Positions 36,751 to 37,101 of a stretch of 37,101 nt of DNA are shown here, one piece after another. The stretch covers positions 1-37,101 of the forward strand of contig JAHQJS010000002.1 of the NCBI GenBank assembly GCA_019057385.1, written 5' to 3'. The DNA comes from Candidatus Borrarchaeum weybense (GTDB taxonomy: Archaea > Asgardarchaeota > Sifarchaeia > Borrarchaeales > Borrarchaeaceae). A model generated the notes under the pieces. That model was not told where the DNA came from, made no database searches, and saw nothing but the letters and a program-made list of their open reading frames with translations. How positions within the stretch are numbered: position 1 is the first letter of the stretch; every line of letters begins with the position of its first letter. A program made the position numbers and the translations under genes.

Positions 36751-37101
36751 CTAAATAAAGATTAGCAGAACCGCTATTAGTAGCAGTCCTCCTACGATAT
36801 AGATCATATTGATGCTAAACACTCCTGTTTGGACCTTCCGGACTCCCTGACTTAGACCCATGCCTCCACGTAATATCCCGAAGTTGAATCGGTCGATAAT
36901 TGCTTGGTCGATCCAGCGATAAATTCCTCCGCATACTCTGATTACACCGTAGACGAAGACTTTGTAATAGAGAGCATTGATATACCATCGATTGGTCAGG
37001 AAAGAATGTACACTCGCTAGCGCCCCTGAATTTCTAATCATCTCTGTGGCAGAATACTTCTGTTTAATGTAGATGTAGTAACTGGGGATCAGTCCCAGAA
37101 A
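36751..37101 (-). CDS. nuoL: C-terminal part of a NuoL-like subunit (5' end outside the window)
   Basis: The frame is open to the window edge (FLGLIPSYYIYIKQKYSATEM...). NRWYINALY, IIDRF and RKVQTG plus the final TM match the NuoL lateral-helix region. Confidence 0.85.
   Translation of the reverse strand, partial: FLGLIPSYYIYIKQKYSATEMIRNSGALASVHSFLTNRWYINALYYKVFVYGVIRVCGGIYRWIDQAIIDRFNFGILRGGMGLSQGVRKVQTGVFSINMIYIVGGLLLIAVLLIFI

Noticed and set aside
1335-36753. Genome-wide TAG recoding (pyrrolysine) or in-frame TGA selenocysteine
   Set aside because: Many conserved genes end at TAG at their expected C-termini (MDR dehydrogenase, GlcF, NuoL, AtpI), and one TAG is followed directly by TAA. 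The hydrogenase and Fe-S motifs use ordinary Cys codons.

Overview
This is a gene-dense, AT-rich archaeal window. It most likely comes from an Asgard archaeon, because it encodes a longin-domain protein and a Rab-like small GTPase and uses GGTGA/GGAGG ribosome-binding sites and TATA-type promoters. The lineage cannot be fixed from sequence alone. The left part encodes inositol-1-phosphate synthase, a longin/winged-helix protein, a lone GcvH, an Lrp ligand-binding domain, two tandem GlcD/GlcF-type 2-hydroxy-acid dehydrogenase pairs, the GTPase, an RHH protein, a CPBP protease and a UxaA-family dehydratase. The middle (about 12.9-23 kb) is an accessory patch. It holds an HTH + double-LAGLIDADG gene split at a slippery heptamer, a GNAT, a truncated CPBP gene, and three DUF4386-like membrane paralogs that share one promoter/operator unit. 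It also has an MDR dehydrogenase, an orphan antitoxin-like gene and an ATC-hydrolase-like gene. The right part encodes a HAD phosphatase, a LarA-family racemase and a large energy-conservation locus. There, a Complex-I-like group 4 [NiFe]-hydrogenase (NuoL/M/N-, D-, H-, I-, A- and B-like subunits) surrounds the membrane sector (I, C, K) of an A/V-type ATP synthase and a small AtpZ/Vma21-like gene. Four short IS200/IS605-type hairpin elements are scattered through the window. No rRNA, tRNA or CRISPR array was seen. All family calls come from motif recognition by eye, and no database search was run.
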